Notes: generated by a model not told the origin, from the letters alone. A stretch of 24,429 nucleotides of DNA from a virus (IMGVR_UViG_3300020043_006654:1-24429), one strand, 5' to 3'. Shown: positions 9,584-17,196, counted from the stretch's first letter. Program-made: numbers and translations.

Positions 9584-9809
9584 TTTTTTCCTCCTCACCA
9601 TAAACCAATCCCTTCCCACTGCAGACCGTGCATTTTTCTTCTGAGAATCCTTTTGTAAATCCATGCGCATCTAGCAATGAAAGCATATTTCTGCCTCTGC
9701 CCTCACAGTGCCAGCACTGGACATGATAGGATTTAGGATTAATAGTCTTTTTAGATTGCTTTGTTATTGGGCGCCATTTAGGTGGCGGGAAGTATATTCT
9801 TTTACTCAT
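9564..9809 (-). CDS. DnaJ-type Zn-finger (CxxCxGxG x2) small protein
   Basis: CWHCEGRG and CTVCSGKG. Confidence 0.7.
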   Translation of the reverse strand: MSKRIYFPPPKWRPITKQSKKTINPKSYHVQCWHCEGRGRNMLSLLDAHGFTKGFSEEKCTVCSGKGLVYGEEEKNVNEIC

Positions 9810-10024
9810 TGGAGTTGATTGACTGGGTTTTCAGCCATTGCTTTTTTAGCAAAGAAACTGGCCTCTTCTAGTTTTGTAAATGCAATCGATTTGGAACGAC
9901 CATCTGCAGCGAATGAGTCAATTATCTCAGTTAGTTCATTGAACTTGTCGGCTAATTCCTGAGCCTTAGACATTCCGGCTTCATTGAGTTTATGCACTGC
10001 GAAAAGATGTTTTGTATCAGACAT
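9806..10024 (-). CDS. Acb2/Tad1-like helical hairpin protein (candidate nucleotide-signal sponge)
   Basis: 72 aa, with C-terminal GRSKSIAFTKLEEASFFAKKAMA resembling the R.(S)LA.TKLEEA..WA..A.A hairpin motif. AGGAG RBS. Confidence 0.6.
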   Translation of the reverse strand: MSDTKHLFAVHKLNEAGMSKAQELADKFNELTEIIDSFAADGRSKSIAFTKLEEASFFAKKAMAENPVNQLQ

Positions 10025-10079
10025 AAAAACTCCTGATTAAGGTTTGCAACATATATATCTAAAAATTTTTATTTGTCAC

Positions 10080-10295
10080 TTATAATTCAAAGCCCTGTTC
10101 TCTAATACACATCAACAATTCCATCTGATCGAAGGGCGTGCATCGCTCTTCACCGAAGATGTCAGCGAGTAAGTCGAACCATTGGCGGAGGGTGACGACG
10201 TGTGGCTGCACATAAAAAACCCACTGTGTCTGAGTTTCTGGTAGCAGTGGCGTTCTATAAACCAAGTCGTCAAGATTAGTTCCAGGTATCTTCAT
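10080..10295 (-). CDS. Hypothetical protein
   Basis: ATGA-coupled to the upstream gene. Confidence 0.6.
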   Translation of the reverse strand: MKIPGTNLDDLVYRTPLLPETQTQWVFYVQPHVVTLRQWFDLLADIFGEERCTPFDQMELLMCIREQGFEL

Positions 10296-10534
10296 TTCTT
10301 CAGCTCCGCTATTTTGGCCTCACAAACCTTTAATTTCTCACAAATTTCTTTCGCCATTTCCTGAGCTTGATAAGCACATTTTTTATAAGTCTCAACCTCA
10401 TCCAACAGCCTCTGGCGGTCGGCTATCAGTGCATCAATGAAGTCTTTACGGACTCTCACGAATTCAACGTTGTCATTAAAAAGGGCGCTATTAAATATTT
10501 TAACTAGTTCGTCAAGACTCTTTGGTGTGGTCAT
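10292..10534 (-). CDS. Hypothetical coiled-coil protein
   Basis: GGAGA RBS and ATGA overlaps on both sides. Confidence 0.65.
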   Translation of the reverse strand: MTTPKSLDELVKIFNSALFNDNVEFVRVRKDFIDALIADRQRLLDEVETYKKCAYQAQEMAKEICEKLKVCEAKIAELKK

Positions 10535-10806
10535 TTAACAATCTCCATAATAGTAACCTTAACGATCTTCCCGTGCTCTTTATAAGTATTGGCAAATAGA
10601 ATTCGCTTATTCAGCAAGGTCGATAGCGCTATACCTAATGGCATGGCTAGCAAGCACCCTATACATAGCTTCAATTTCAACCATGTAGATAGATCCTTGC
10701 TTTCGTTGGTGTAGTTAAACTCAAATGCGCTTTGGCGGCCATCGCCTACATGCAAATACTTTGGTGTGGTGGTCATAAAGGCAGAACCTCTTGCGATAAT
10801 CGGCAT
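10531..10806 (-). CDS. Hypothetical membrane protein
   Basis: AAGGAG RBS and a hydrophobic segment LCIGCLLAMPLGIALSTLL. Alternative start at 10776 (MTTTPK). Confidence 0.6.
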   Translation of the reverse strand: MPIIARGSAFMTTTPKYLHVGDGRQSAFEFNYTNESKDLSTWLKLKLCIGCLLAMPLGIALSTLLNKRILFANTYKEHGKIVKVTIMEIVK

Positions 10807-10865
10807 TTAATCTCCTTGTTAAAGTTTCTCGCCATTCTCTTTAATAAGAATTTCGTTATTAAAGT

Positions 10866-11360
10866 TTATTTAATCTTCCCTTCCATATTCTCTATTGGTT
10901 TAGTTGCTGGCTGTGGATTAGGTGACGTGCCATAATTAGGCACCGTAACTGTCGGCGGCGTGTATTGCTGCGCTGGTTGTGCATAAACAGGACGAACATT
11001 CACCGTCGATAACTTATCATTCAGCCGCTGCAAGTTCCCATCAATGCGCGCCGTTTCAGATGCTAGGTGTTCTTCAAGTGCTTCGATACGAGATGTGAGA
11101 GCTAGGAACGTGGTCACGAACTGTTGATTTATTTCTAGGTCGTCAATAGCGCCACCTTCAGAGGCGACCTTAACCGTGTCAGCAGATTTGCAAGCGTGGT
11201 ACTCGACGGCTGGAACGGTCTTAGTTCCAAAGCGTCGTTGAATCTCTTCGGTTGTTGGTCGTCCGAGAGCGTAACGGTCCGCATCGCAGTTTACCTGTTG
11301 TCTGCCTTGTGCGAGCAAGGGGGTTGATAAGAGTAGTAGCGTTATAAGTAATAGCTTCAT
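10866..11360 (-). CDS. Secreted/periplasmic protein with signal peptide and coiled coil
   Basis: MKLLLITLLLLSTPLLA signal peptide, AGGAG RBS, Pro-rich tail. Confidence 0.75.
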   Translation of the reverse strand: MKLLLITLLLLSTPLLAQGRQQVNCDADRYALGRPTTEEIQRRFGTKTVPAVEYHACKSADTVKVASEGGAIDDLEINQQFVTTFLALTSRIEALEEHLASETARIDGNLQRLNDKLSTVNVRPVYAQPAQQYTPPTVTVPNYGTSPNPQPATKPIENMEGKIK

Positions 11361-11668
11361 TTTTTATTCTCCTGTGTAATTTGGTTTAAATCCGATTCGG
11401 TTCCATGGATAGGACATTGTGAACAACTACCGACGATTTGGCCTTGTTCATCTTTTAAACACCAACATTTACCAGTCTCAACGGTTGCAACGCCTAAAGA
11501 TTTTGGTTTGCATTCTGCAATAGCTTTTTTAAATTCATTGAGCACAAACAATAAAAGTTTGCGATCAGCGATGATCTCATTAACAAACTCAGTATGTGGG
11601 TGCCAACCATCTTTAGGGCCTATACCATCAAGCCAGTTAGCGATTCTCTCATCAAGCGATTTCTTCAT
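11357..11668 (-). CDS. Hypothetical protein with C-terminal Cys cluster
   Basis: Start moved to 11668 (ATGA overlap, GGGGAGGGGG RBS). CWC...CSQCPIH motif. Confidence 0.65.
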   Translation of the reverse strand: MKKSLDERIANWLDGIGPKDGWHPHTEFVNEIIADRKLLLFVLNEFKKAIAECKPKSLGVATVETGKCWCLKDEQGQIVGSCSQCPIHGTESDLNQITQENKK

Positions 11669-12075
11669 TCCCCCTCCCCACATTTCTTTAACGCCACAAT
11701 CTCAACAGCTCCACCCTTCATGCTCGCCATTGCACACGATAGCGCCGCATTAACACAAGCATCGTATTCTTCACCCGCATCTAAACGCCGACCACATGCA
11801 CTGCCGTAGGTGTCAACGAGAGTTAGAGCTAGTTGTGCTTTCTGAACGGCTTCGATACGGCGGACTTGTTCAATCAGGCCAGCTAGTGAAGGTGCGGCTG
11901 GTTCAGTCTTTGGTGGTTCTTTAGGTTTAGCAACTTCCTCAACAACAGCAGCGAAGGGGGGAAGTGTGGCGGTAGGTTGAGTGGAGGCGGTGGTGCAGCT
12001 TGTTACCAACAGCGCCAGAAAGATAATGACAGCGCCTATGAGGGTGAGAATTAGGAATTTGGTGAAGCGGTTCAT
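11665..12075 (-). CDS. Putative lipoprotein
   Basis: Basic N-terminus, hydrophobic stretch, LVTS-C lipobox, then a Thr/Pro linker. Confidence 0.7.
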   Translation of the reverse strand: MNRFTKFLILTLIGAVIIFLALLVTSCTTASTQPTATLPPFAAVVEEVAKPKEPPKTEPAAPSLAGLIEQVRRIEAVQKAQLALTLVDTYGSACGRRLDAGEEYDACVNAALSCAMASMKGGAVEIVALKKCGEGE

Positions 12076-12983
12076 TTTTCATTCTCCTGTGGTGGTTGTT
12101 TTGAAACCAATAAGTCTTTCAAACGCTTCGCGCGCTTGCTCTGGAACCACTGCATTGCCCAATCCTCTAAGGCGGTGTGATCGATATTGTACCCCATCAA
12201 CCACTCTACCCACTGCGGGTTCAGTTTCCCAGGTTGTCCATTGGTGGCAACCCAAGTAATCCCCGGACTCTTGCGGTTCCCCTCCGCTTGGCCGGCTCTG
12301 GTTGCCTCTGATGCGCGCGGGGTTGGGAACATTTTTACTACCGTTGCCAGTCCATTCCCACTCGTCTTGCTCGCACCTCTGCGGTTGTAATTGCCGTGAA
12401 CTACTGGCGTTGGCCAAAGGTTTTTTGACGCCATTGTTGTTAGGGTCGGTCGCTTCTTTGATGTCGGTGAGCTCTGATTGTAGCCGCCCTCTTGAGCTGT
12501 TGGCGTGGGCAAGACAGAACCATCTCTCTCGATAGTGCGGCGCTCCCATGTCATAAGCGGATAACATTCCCCAGCGACAATCATACCCGACCGCGGCCAG
12601 AGCTCCTGTAATGGTTCCAAGAAAGGGAGTAACTCCTGCGACATTTTCCAAGAAGATGAACTGTGGTCGTATCTCGCGAACGAGCCGTATGATCTCGAAA
12701 AAAAGTCCGCTTCGCTCTCCAGCCAAGCCTTTTTGGCGTCCTGCAACGCTGATATCCTGGCAAGGGAACCCTCCGTAAACAATGTCCACAGGAACTTGCA
12801 GCTCATCGGCATTGAGCGTTTTGATGTCGTCCCATATAGGAGCCACTGGCAAAGATCCGTCTGACATTCTGGAAAGCAAGACAGCTTGAGCGTATCTATC
12901 GTTTTCACAATAGGCGACCGGCCTAACAATGCCCTCCAAGGCGATGGTGAGTCCACCGATTCCGCTAAATAGATCCAAGCCAT
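12072..12983 (-). CDS. Alternative-frame beta chain of the C5 methyltransferase (motif IX and PTP repeats)
   Basis: Stop-free for 303 codons over the alpha gene. Carries LPTP/WPTP/FPTP repeats and LNPQWVEWLMGY (motif IX-like). Its stop is ATGA-coupled to the next gene. True start uncertain. Confidence 0.7.
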   Translation of the reverse strand: MAWIYLAESVDSPSPWRALLGRSPIVKTIDTLKLSCFPECQTDLCQWLLYGTTSKRSMPMSCKFLWTLFTEGSLARISALQDAKKAWLESEADFFSRSYGSFARYDHSSSSWKMSQELLPFLEPLQELWPRSGMIVAGECYPLMTWERRTIERDGSVLPTPTAQEGGYNQSSPTSKKRPTLTTMASKNLWPTPVVHGNYNRRGASKTSGNGLATVVKMFPTPRASEATRAGQAEGNRKSPGITWVATNGQPGKLNPQWVEWLMGYNIDHTALEDWAMQWFQSKRAKRLKDLLVSKQPPQENEK

Positions 12984-12990
12984 TAAGCAC
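12079..12990 (-). CDS. DNA (cytosine-5) methyltransferase, catalytic alpha chain
   Basis: Motif I LDLFSGIGG, IV GGFPCQDIS, VI ENV, VIII RERWF and X LGNAVVP. No recognisable motif IX in this frame. Confidence 0.92.
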   Translation of the reverse strand: MLNGLDLFSGIGGLTIALEGIVRPVAYCENDRYAQAVLLSRMSDGSLPVAPIWDDIKTLNADELQVPVDIVYGGFPCQDISVAGRQKGLAGERSGLFFEIIRLVREIRPQFIFLENVAGVTPFLGTITGALAAVGYDCRWGMLSAYDMGAPHYRERWFCLAHANSSRGRLQSELTDIKEATDPNNNGVKKPLANASSSRQLQPQRCEQDEWEWTGNGSKNVPNPARIRGNQSRPSGGEPQESGDYLGCHQWTTWETEPAVGRVVDGVQYRSHRLRGLGNAVVPEQAREAFERLIGFKTTTTGE

Positions 12991-13068
12991 CTACTCCCCC
13001 ACCCCCATCATCACCAACAGGTAGATAATGAAAAAGAGAGGGAAGAATAGTTTGTCGAGAGTGGTCAT
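12991..13068 (-). CDS. 25-aa hydrophobic peptide (not in ORF track)
   Basis: MTTLDKLFFPLFFIIYLLVMMGVGE*. Fills the gap between neighbours, and its TAG abuts the MTase GTG. Confidence 0.5.
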   Translation of the reverse strand: MTTLDKLFFPLFFIIYLLVMMGVGE

Positions 13069-13071
13069 GAC

Positions 13072-13404
13072 TTAATCCATCACCGCACGCCACTTACGTT
13101 CAACCACATCCACTTCGCGCTGCGGGTAAATCTCATAAACCCCTGGTTCAATCACTGCGGGGTGATGACCTTCAGTGGCACCACTACCATGTCGTAGCTC
13201 TGTCTTATTAATTACTTTTAGATATTTCTGAGCGGCACGTACTGCGCCATAGAGAGCGAATTTCCCCCCTTGCAATTGATGTAAACCGCCGGTTTCACCA
13301 TAAGCAACAGCGCCCTCTTTATTCTCTTGTGGCAACTGCTCTGGTAGTTGCTCGATCTGTCTGATTACCACTTCACCCTGAACAATAACTTTTAGCTTTT
13401 TCAT
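13072..13404 (-). CDS. Conserved partner protein of DUF6745-type genes (QGxV...GE.G..H...H...QRE)
   Basis: QGEVVI, AYGETGGLH, LRH..HH..IEPGVYEI..QRE. Start moved to 13404, after AGGAG. Confidence 0.65.
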   Translation of the reverse strand: MKKLKVIVQGEVVIRQIEQLPEQLPQENKEGAVAYGETGGLHQLQGGKFALYGAVRAAQKYLKVINKTELRHGSGATEGHHPAVIEPGVYEIYPQREVDVVERKWRAVMD

Positions 13405-13420
13405 AACGCTCCTTTTAGGT

Positions 13421-14641
13421 TTAAGATTCATAAACAATTTCATATTTTGACGTGTCGATCCTCATCGTAGCGAGACGAACCAACTCCGCATTATTAACGT
13501 CCGTTGGCACCACGCCAAACATCTCTTTAAACTCTTGCTGCGTATTCGGGACGACAAGAAACGTTTCTTGTTCTACCTTAGTGTCCCACCAAGTTAACTT
13601 TAACAAACGAGTTGCACCGATTTCAGGCAACTGCAATTCCCACAATTGAACCGGTTTGGATGATCCGCGTGTTGATGGCGTCTCACTAATCAATTTACCT
13701 TTTAGGTCTTTGATGAATTTCCCGTAGCCCTCTTTACGAATCACCGCCATGCGTATTTGTGCATTGGATTCTTTTAAGAGGTCTTTTGCGGCGACTGGCT
13801 CAAGGATGTATTTTTCTGGCACTATGACGCCATGTAGAACGTATAAAGAGTATCCATCTGAGTAGGCCATGGCGGGACCTTTTTCATTGTGTAAGCGGCC
13901 AAGATTGTCGATTTTCAAAACTGTTGGCCGGTCTGAAACTAAAACAATGTTTTCATAAGGAAACCACCAGTGGCATTGCGCGGCCTCCTCAATCCACATG
14001 TCTAATTTATTAATATCTGTTTCACTATATTTTACTCCAATATCGTAACAAAATTTATAGTAGACTTGCCAAGCACACCAATGGTTGCCGCCAAAATAAT
14101 TTTCTAATTGCCGTCCAAGGTTTGACCGAAGGTTTGACCCAAGGTTTAACCGAAGGTTTGACTCAAGGTTTGACCCAAGGTTTGACCCAAGGTTTGACCG
14201 AAGGTTTGACTCAAGGTTTAACCGAAGGTTTGACTCAAGGTTTGACCCAAGGTTTGACTCAAGGTTTGACCAAAGGTTTGACTCAAGGTTTGACCAAAGG
14301 TTTGACCCAAGGTTTAACCGAAGGTTTGACCCAAGGTTTAACCGAAGGTTTGACTCAAGGTTTGACCCAAGGTTTGACCGAAGGTTGTTTTTTATTGTGC
14401 CCGGTGAAGCCTGATTTTCTAATCGACTCAACAAACCATATGCTAATATGCACGTCATCGGACTTGAGAAAAACCATACTTTGGGGGATGGTTTATTAAT
14501 GGCCGCGTAAAATTTACAGATAATGTTAGTGGCTTTCTCTCTATCAATCCTCTCTGTGGATCTCCCAACAGCCAACCACTTTTCAAGCGTGGCTTGCATA
14601 TCTAGTTCTTGTTCTGGTGTAAGTTTTTTTATTTTCTTCAT
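13421..14641 (-). CDS. DUF6745-like protein with internal (x-S/L-N-L)22 repeat
   Basis: WWFPYENIVLVSDRP....DNLGRLHNEKGPAMAYSDGYSLYVLHGV signature and N-terminal KLTPEQ...W...G.ST. Confidence 0.75.
   Translation of the reverse strand: MKKIKKLTPEQELDMQATLEKWLAVGRSTERIDREKATNIICKFYAAINKPSPKVWFFSSPMTCILAYGLLSRLENQASPGTIKNNLRSNLGSNLESNLRLNLGSNLRLNLGSNLWSNLESNLWSNLESNLGSNLESNLRLNLESNLRSNLGSNLGSNLESNLRLNLGSNLRSNLGRQLENYFGGNHWCAWQVYYKFCYDIGVKYSETDINKLDMWIEEAAQCHWWFPYENIVLVSDRPTVLKIDNLGRLHNEKGPAMAYSDGYSLYVLHGVIVPEKYILEPVAAKDLLKESNAQIRMAVIRKEGYGKFIKDLKGKLISETPSTRGSSKPVQLWELQLPEIGATRLLKLTWWDTKVEQETFLVVPNTQQEFKEMFGVVPTDVNNAELVRLATMRIDTSKYEIVYES
14117..14386. repeat. Coding tandem repeat, 22 full 12-bp units AAGGTTT(G/A)AC(C/T)(C/G/A) plus a partial unit
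   Basis: Units counted directly from 14117 to 14380, with five unit variants. Confidence 0.98.
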
Positions 14642-14805
14642 CTCTTCCCCAAATACTTAGCTGTTAAATCTCCACAAACTAAATTACCATTAACATCTTC
14701 CGCTATCTTCAAACTCAAAGCTGAGCACTGCAAGTAAACCTCATAGTCTGATTCGCGTCCGCAAGAGCAAAGGAGTATAGAGAATAAAATTATCGCTTTA
14801 ACCAT
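14638..14805 (-). CDS. Small lipoprotein, 55 aa (not in ORF track)
   Basis: MVKAIILFSILLCS-CGRES... lipobox, GAGG RBS, and a TGA overlapping the ATG at 14641. Confidence 0.65.
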   Translation of the reverse strand: MVKAIILFSILLCSCGRESDYEVYLQCSALSLKIAEDVNGNLVCGDLTAKYLGKR

Positions 14806-14960
14806 AAAGCAATTGCCTCTCTAATTTGGTCTGATACTCCCTGTCTGGTTTCTAATTTCCGCATACGTAAGGCTTCTAACGACTCAGGAGAAATATAAAA
14901 ACTGTACGTAATTTGCTTTCCATGCTTTGCACCACGAACTTCTTTACGACGGTTTTTCAT
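14790..14960 (-). CDS. Ribbon-helix-helix DNA-binding protein, 56 aa (not in ORF track)
   Basis: ...ITYSFYISPESLEALRMRKLETRQGVSDQIREAIALWLKR gives the beta-strand, helix, S..IR.A pattern. ATGA-coupled to the upstream gene. Confidence 0.7.
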   Translation of the reverse strand: MKNRRKEVRGAKHGKQITYSFYISPESLEALRMRKLETRQGVSDQIREAIALWLKR

Positions 14961-15403
14961 TCTTTCCTCAACATCCCAACAATATCTTCAACCACAACTC
15001 TTTGAGCGTAGCCAACATGCTGGGGGTGGACTGAAGGCAAGCACATACGGCGCTGGACCTCTTTCAGAACACTATCAAGAGCAGAATTGTGAATCATTAC
15101 CGATTTAGGAGTTACTTTTTCTAACTTAACAGGGCTCTTTCCAGTAACATCCCATAATTTATTGTAAGCTTGTGTAACTTCATCTTTTCGCTCACCCACT
15201 ATTTCGATAACTCCCATGCGCTTCAATTCACTGAACCGTGTTGTGATAACACCGCTATTAGAGTTATGGCTGATGCGCCTCCAGGAGTCTAGTTCAGTGC
15301 ATGGCCCATGCACACAAATGTCTTTGAATACCTGCATACGTCGGTTGTTTAATAGTCCAGATTCTTCCGCTACTTTGTAAGCTTTTAAAGTTGTCTCTCT
15401 CAT
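14957..15403 (-). CDS. Winged-helix-like DNA-binding protein
   Basis: HGPCT.......TTRFSELKRMGVIEIVGERK pattern typical of phage wHTH proteins. Confidence 0.6.
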   Translation of the reverse strand: MRETTLKAYKVAEESGLLNNRRMQVFKDICVHGPCTELDSWRRISHNSNSGVITTRFSELKRMGVIEIVGERKDEVTQAYNKLWDVTGKSPVKLEKVTPKSVMIHNSALDSVLKEVQRRMCLPSVHPQHVGYAQRVVVEDIVGMLRKE

Positions 15404-15606
15404 GCGTGTGCTGCCTGTGGATGAAATTCTGGATATAGTTTTTTACCAGCCTCTTCTCGCGTTGCGGCATCAACAGGCCCCCTGACATCACAACAGAATT
15501 GTGAAGTATAGGCGTCGTCTATGTCCTGCCGGCTGAAATATCTCTTGAGGTGTAGATCGCCTGATTGAGTATGAATATAGCCCCACCATTGATTTCTACA
15601 GAACAT
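15400..15606 (-). CDS. Hypothetical protein
   Basis: Strong GGAGGTGG RBS and ATGA overlap with the downstream gene. Confidence 0.65.
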   Translation of the reverse strand: MFCRNQWWGYIHTQSGDLHLKRYFSRQDIDDAYTSQFCCDVRGPVDAATREEAGKKLYPEFHPQAAHA

Positions 15607-15617
15607 TCACCACCTCC

Positions 15618-15935
15618 TTAAAACCCGCCAAAAATTCCTTTTTTTTGGGCAGCGTTTGCAAGACTATTTAATGCCATATTCTGCATGGCCGCTCCCTGAG
15701 CCATTAATTGCTGTCTTTGCTTGTTCACTATAGCTTCATAAAGATTTTTAGCATCGTTGACTCGCTGTACATGCCTTAGAAGCTCGCGAAGGTCCGTTAA
15801 ATCAAATGCTGGGCTGCTATCGCCACCATCAACCTCTTTTTGTTTTCCAGTCTCTTCAAGAACTAATTGAAGAGCGTCCTGTGCATCGCAAAATCCCTCA
15901 ACTTTTAACCATAATTCGGATTTGTTTTTGTTCAT
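15618..15935 (-). CDS. Hypothetical protein
   Basis: Start moved to 15935 (GGAG RBS, ATGA overlap with the erf stop). Confidence 0.65.
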   Translation of the reverse strand: MNKNKSELWLKVEGFCDAQDALQLVLEETGKQKEVDGGDSSPAFDLTDLRELLRHVQRVNDAKNLYEAIVNKQRQQLMAQGAAMQNMALNSLANAAQKKGIFGGF

Positions 15936-16777
15936 TTGCTTAATCTCCATTCAGCTAATATCCTTTCCAGCTCTTCAGCTGGTGTTTGTGTGAGATGCTT
16001 CAGAACAAACTCAGCCTGAGACATGTTTTTCCCCTGCTTGCGCACGAAGTTCAATTTTCCTATTTCTCTCACGCCACCCATTTGAAGCTCGCCATTGGAG
16101 CGAACTTCGGAAAGCATCTCCAAAACATCTTCCACCATGGGAGCCCATTTTTCGCCCTTCTTAGCGCACTTCTCAATCAACACATTGGCGATTTTATCAA
16201 ACGTTTCTTGCTGTGATTCACTCAAAGCAGATTTATTCACGCCTTCTGGCATTTTAGGAGGTGTTGCCACAGGCTTTGCAGCAGCCTTCGGGGCGCTTGG
16301 CGCCGGTCTTGGTTGATGATCTTTTGGAGCACTTGCGCCGTTTCCATCATCATCCTCATCGGCTACCGCTCCTACTATCGCAGAGAGAGCGTAGCGCCGG
16401 CCATAAGTGATCGCACTCCCCATTCCTTGAGGGTCAGCTTTCACAGGAGTTAAAACCATACAGCTTTTTACCCATTCTCCAGATGAGTGAAGTAGAAGAG
16501 TGGTGATTTCAACACCAGTATTTTTACCGCCAGTTAATTGGGTTATAGCAAGTCCATTGTCTGCGAGCGGTTTTCGAATCGAATCCCAGATACTGGCAAG
16601 AGAGGCATATTTTGCGTTGTTGTAAAAAGGGTTGGTACCGTCTTTTGATGCGGCGCTCATAGCTCCTTGAGCTTTCGAAAGAGCTTTCGCAAGCTCAACA
16701 ATTGATTCTGACATGCTTTTAGGAATTGCTGGGATTACAACGCCATGCTGAATATTTGGATCACTTTCCATTTCCAT
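15932..16777 (-). CDS. erf: ERF-family single-strand annealing protein
   Basis: ALSKAQ...KDGTNPF..KYASL...PLADNGL and PQGMGSAITYGRRYALSAIVG..DEDDDGN. Confidence 0.9.
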   Translation of the reverse strand: MEMESDPNIQHGVVIPAIPKSMSESIVELAKALSKAQGAMSAASKDGTNPFYNNAKYASLASIWDSIRKPLADNGLAITQLTGGKNTGVEITTLLLHSSGEWVKSCMVLTPVKADPQGMGSAITYGRRYALSAIVGAVADEDDDGNGASAPKDHQPRPAPSAPKAAAKPVATPPKMPEGVNKSALSESQQETFDKIANVLIEKCAKKGEKWAPMVEDVLEMLSEVRSNGELQMGGVREIGKLNFVRKQGKNMSQAEFVLKHLTQTPAEELERILAEWRLSK

Positions 16778-16940
16778 CCTCTACTTTTTTAACGGTTTGT
16801 TTTGGTTGTATCTTTTGAAATAAACTCTTCAATCCAGCGCGGATTAAGTCGCTCTGCGTGCGCTTCATCTTGAAAGCGTGCTTTCTTAAGTCTTTCAACA
16901 TTTCTTCAGTGAGATATATTGTCGTCATTTTCATATTCAT
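16761..16940 (-). CDS. CopG/Arc-like ribbon-helix-helix regulator, 59 aa (not in ORF track)
   Basis: MNMKMTTIYLTEEMLKDLRKHAFKMKRTQSDLIRAGLKSLF, a clear RHH pattern. Confidence 0.8.
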   Translation of the reverse strand: MNMKMTTIYLTEEMLKDLRKHAFKMKRTQSDLIRAGLKSLFQKIQPKQTVKKVEDGNGK

Positions 16941-16951
16941 ATGTATATCGT

Positions 16952-16980
16952 GGAATATATATTGTTTTAAAACTTGTCAA
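16952..16980 (-). promoter_or_regulatory. Putative sigma70 promoter for the RHH-erf unit
   Basis: TTGACA at 16980-16975. The -10 is imperfect (TATTCC at 17 bp or TATATT at 15 bp spacing). AT-rich gap. Confidence 0.55.
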
Positions 16981-16983
16981 GAA

Positions 16984-17196
16984 CTATTGCAATCTCCCTG
17001 CATCTCGTAAATCAATTTCATGATTTACTTTCGCTTCAGCTGTTAAGCGTTCAACCATAATTGCCATTTTCTCCTGCTGTGCGAGCTGTCGGCTTTTAAA
17101 TTTTCTTTCATCAAGCCAAGCCGCAGTGTTTTGAAAAATGAGAACTGTTAAGGCTCCGCATTGAAAACCAATTAAAATCAAAACCCACTGCGTCAT
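16984..17196 (-). CDS. Small membrane protein
   Basis: AAGGAG RBS and an N-terminal TM helix. Confidence 0.65.
   Translation of the reverse strand: MTQWVLILIGFQCGALTVLIFQNTAAWLDERKFKSRQLAQQEKMAIMVERLTAEAKVNHEIDLRDAGRLQ

Noticed and set aside
10839-10864. AT-rich inverted repeat CTTTAATAA...TTATTAAAG
   Set aside because: The 9-bp arms are real but weak, with no U tract. No function can be supported.
12072-12990. Frameshifted methyltransferase pseudogene
   Set aside because: Both frames are open end to end with intact catalytic motifs, and a two-chain precedent exists.
14117-14386. CRISPR array or DGR variable region
   Set aside because: The units are contiguous 12-mers with no spacers and lie in frame in a gene. 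No cas gene, reverse transcriptase or separate template repeat is visible.
14122-14499. + strand ORF (TQGL/TEGL repeats)
   Set aside because: Antisense shadow of the stop-free repeat, with no RBS and opposite to the operon direction.
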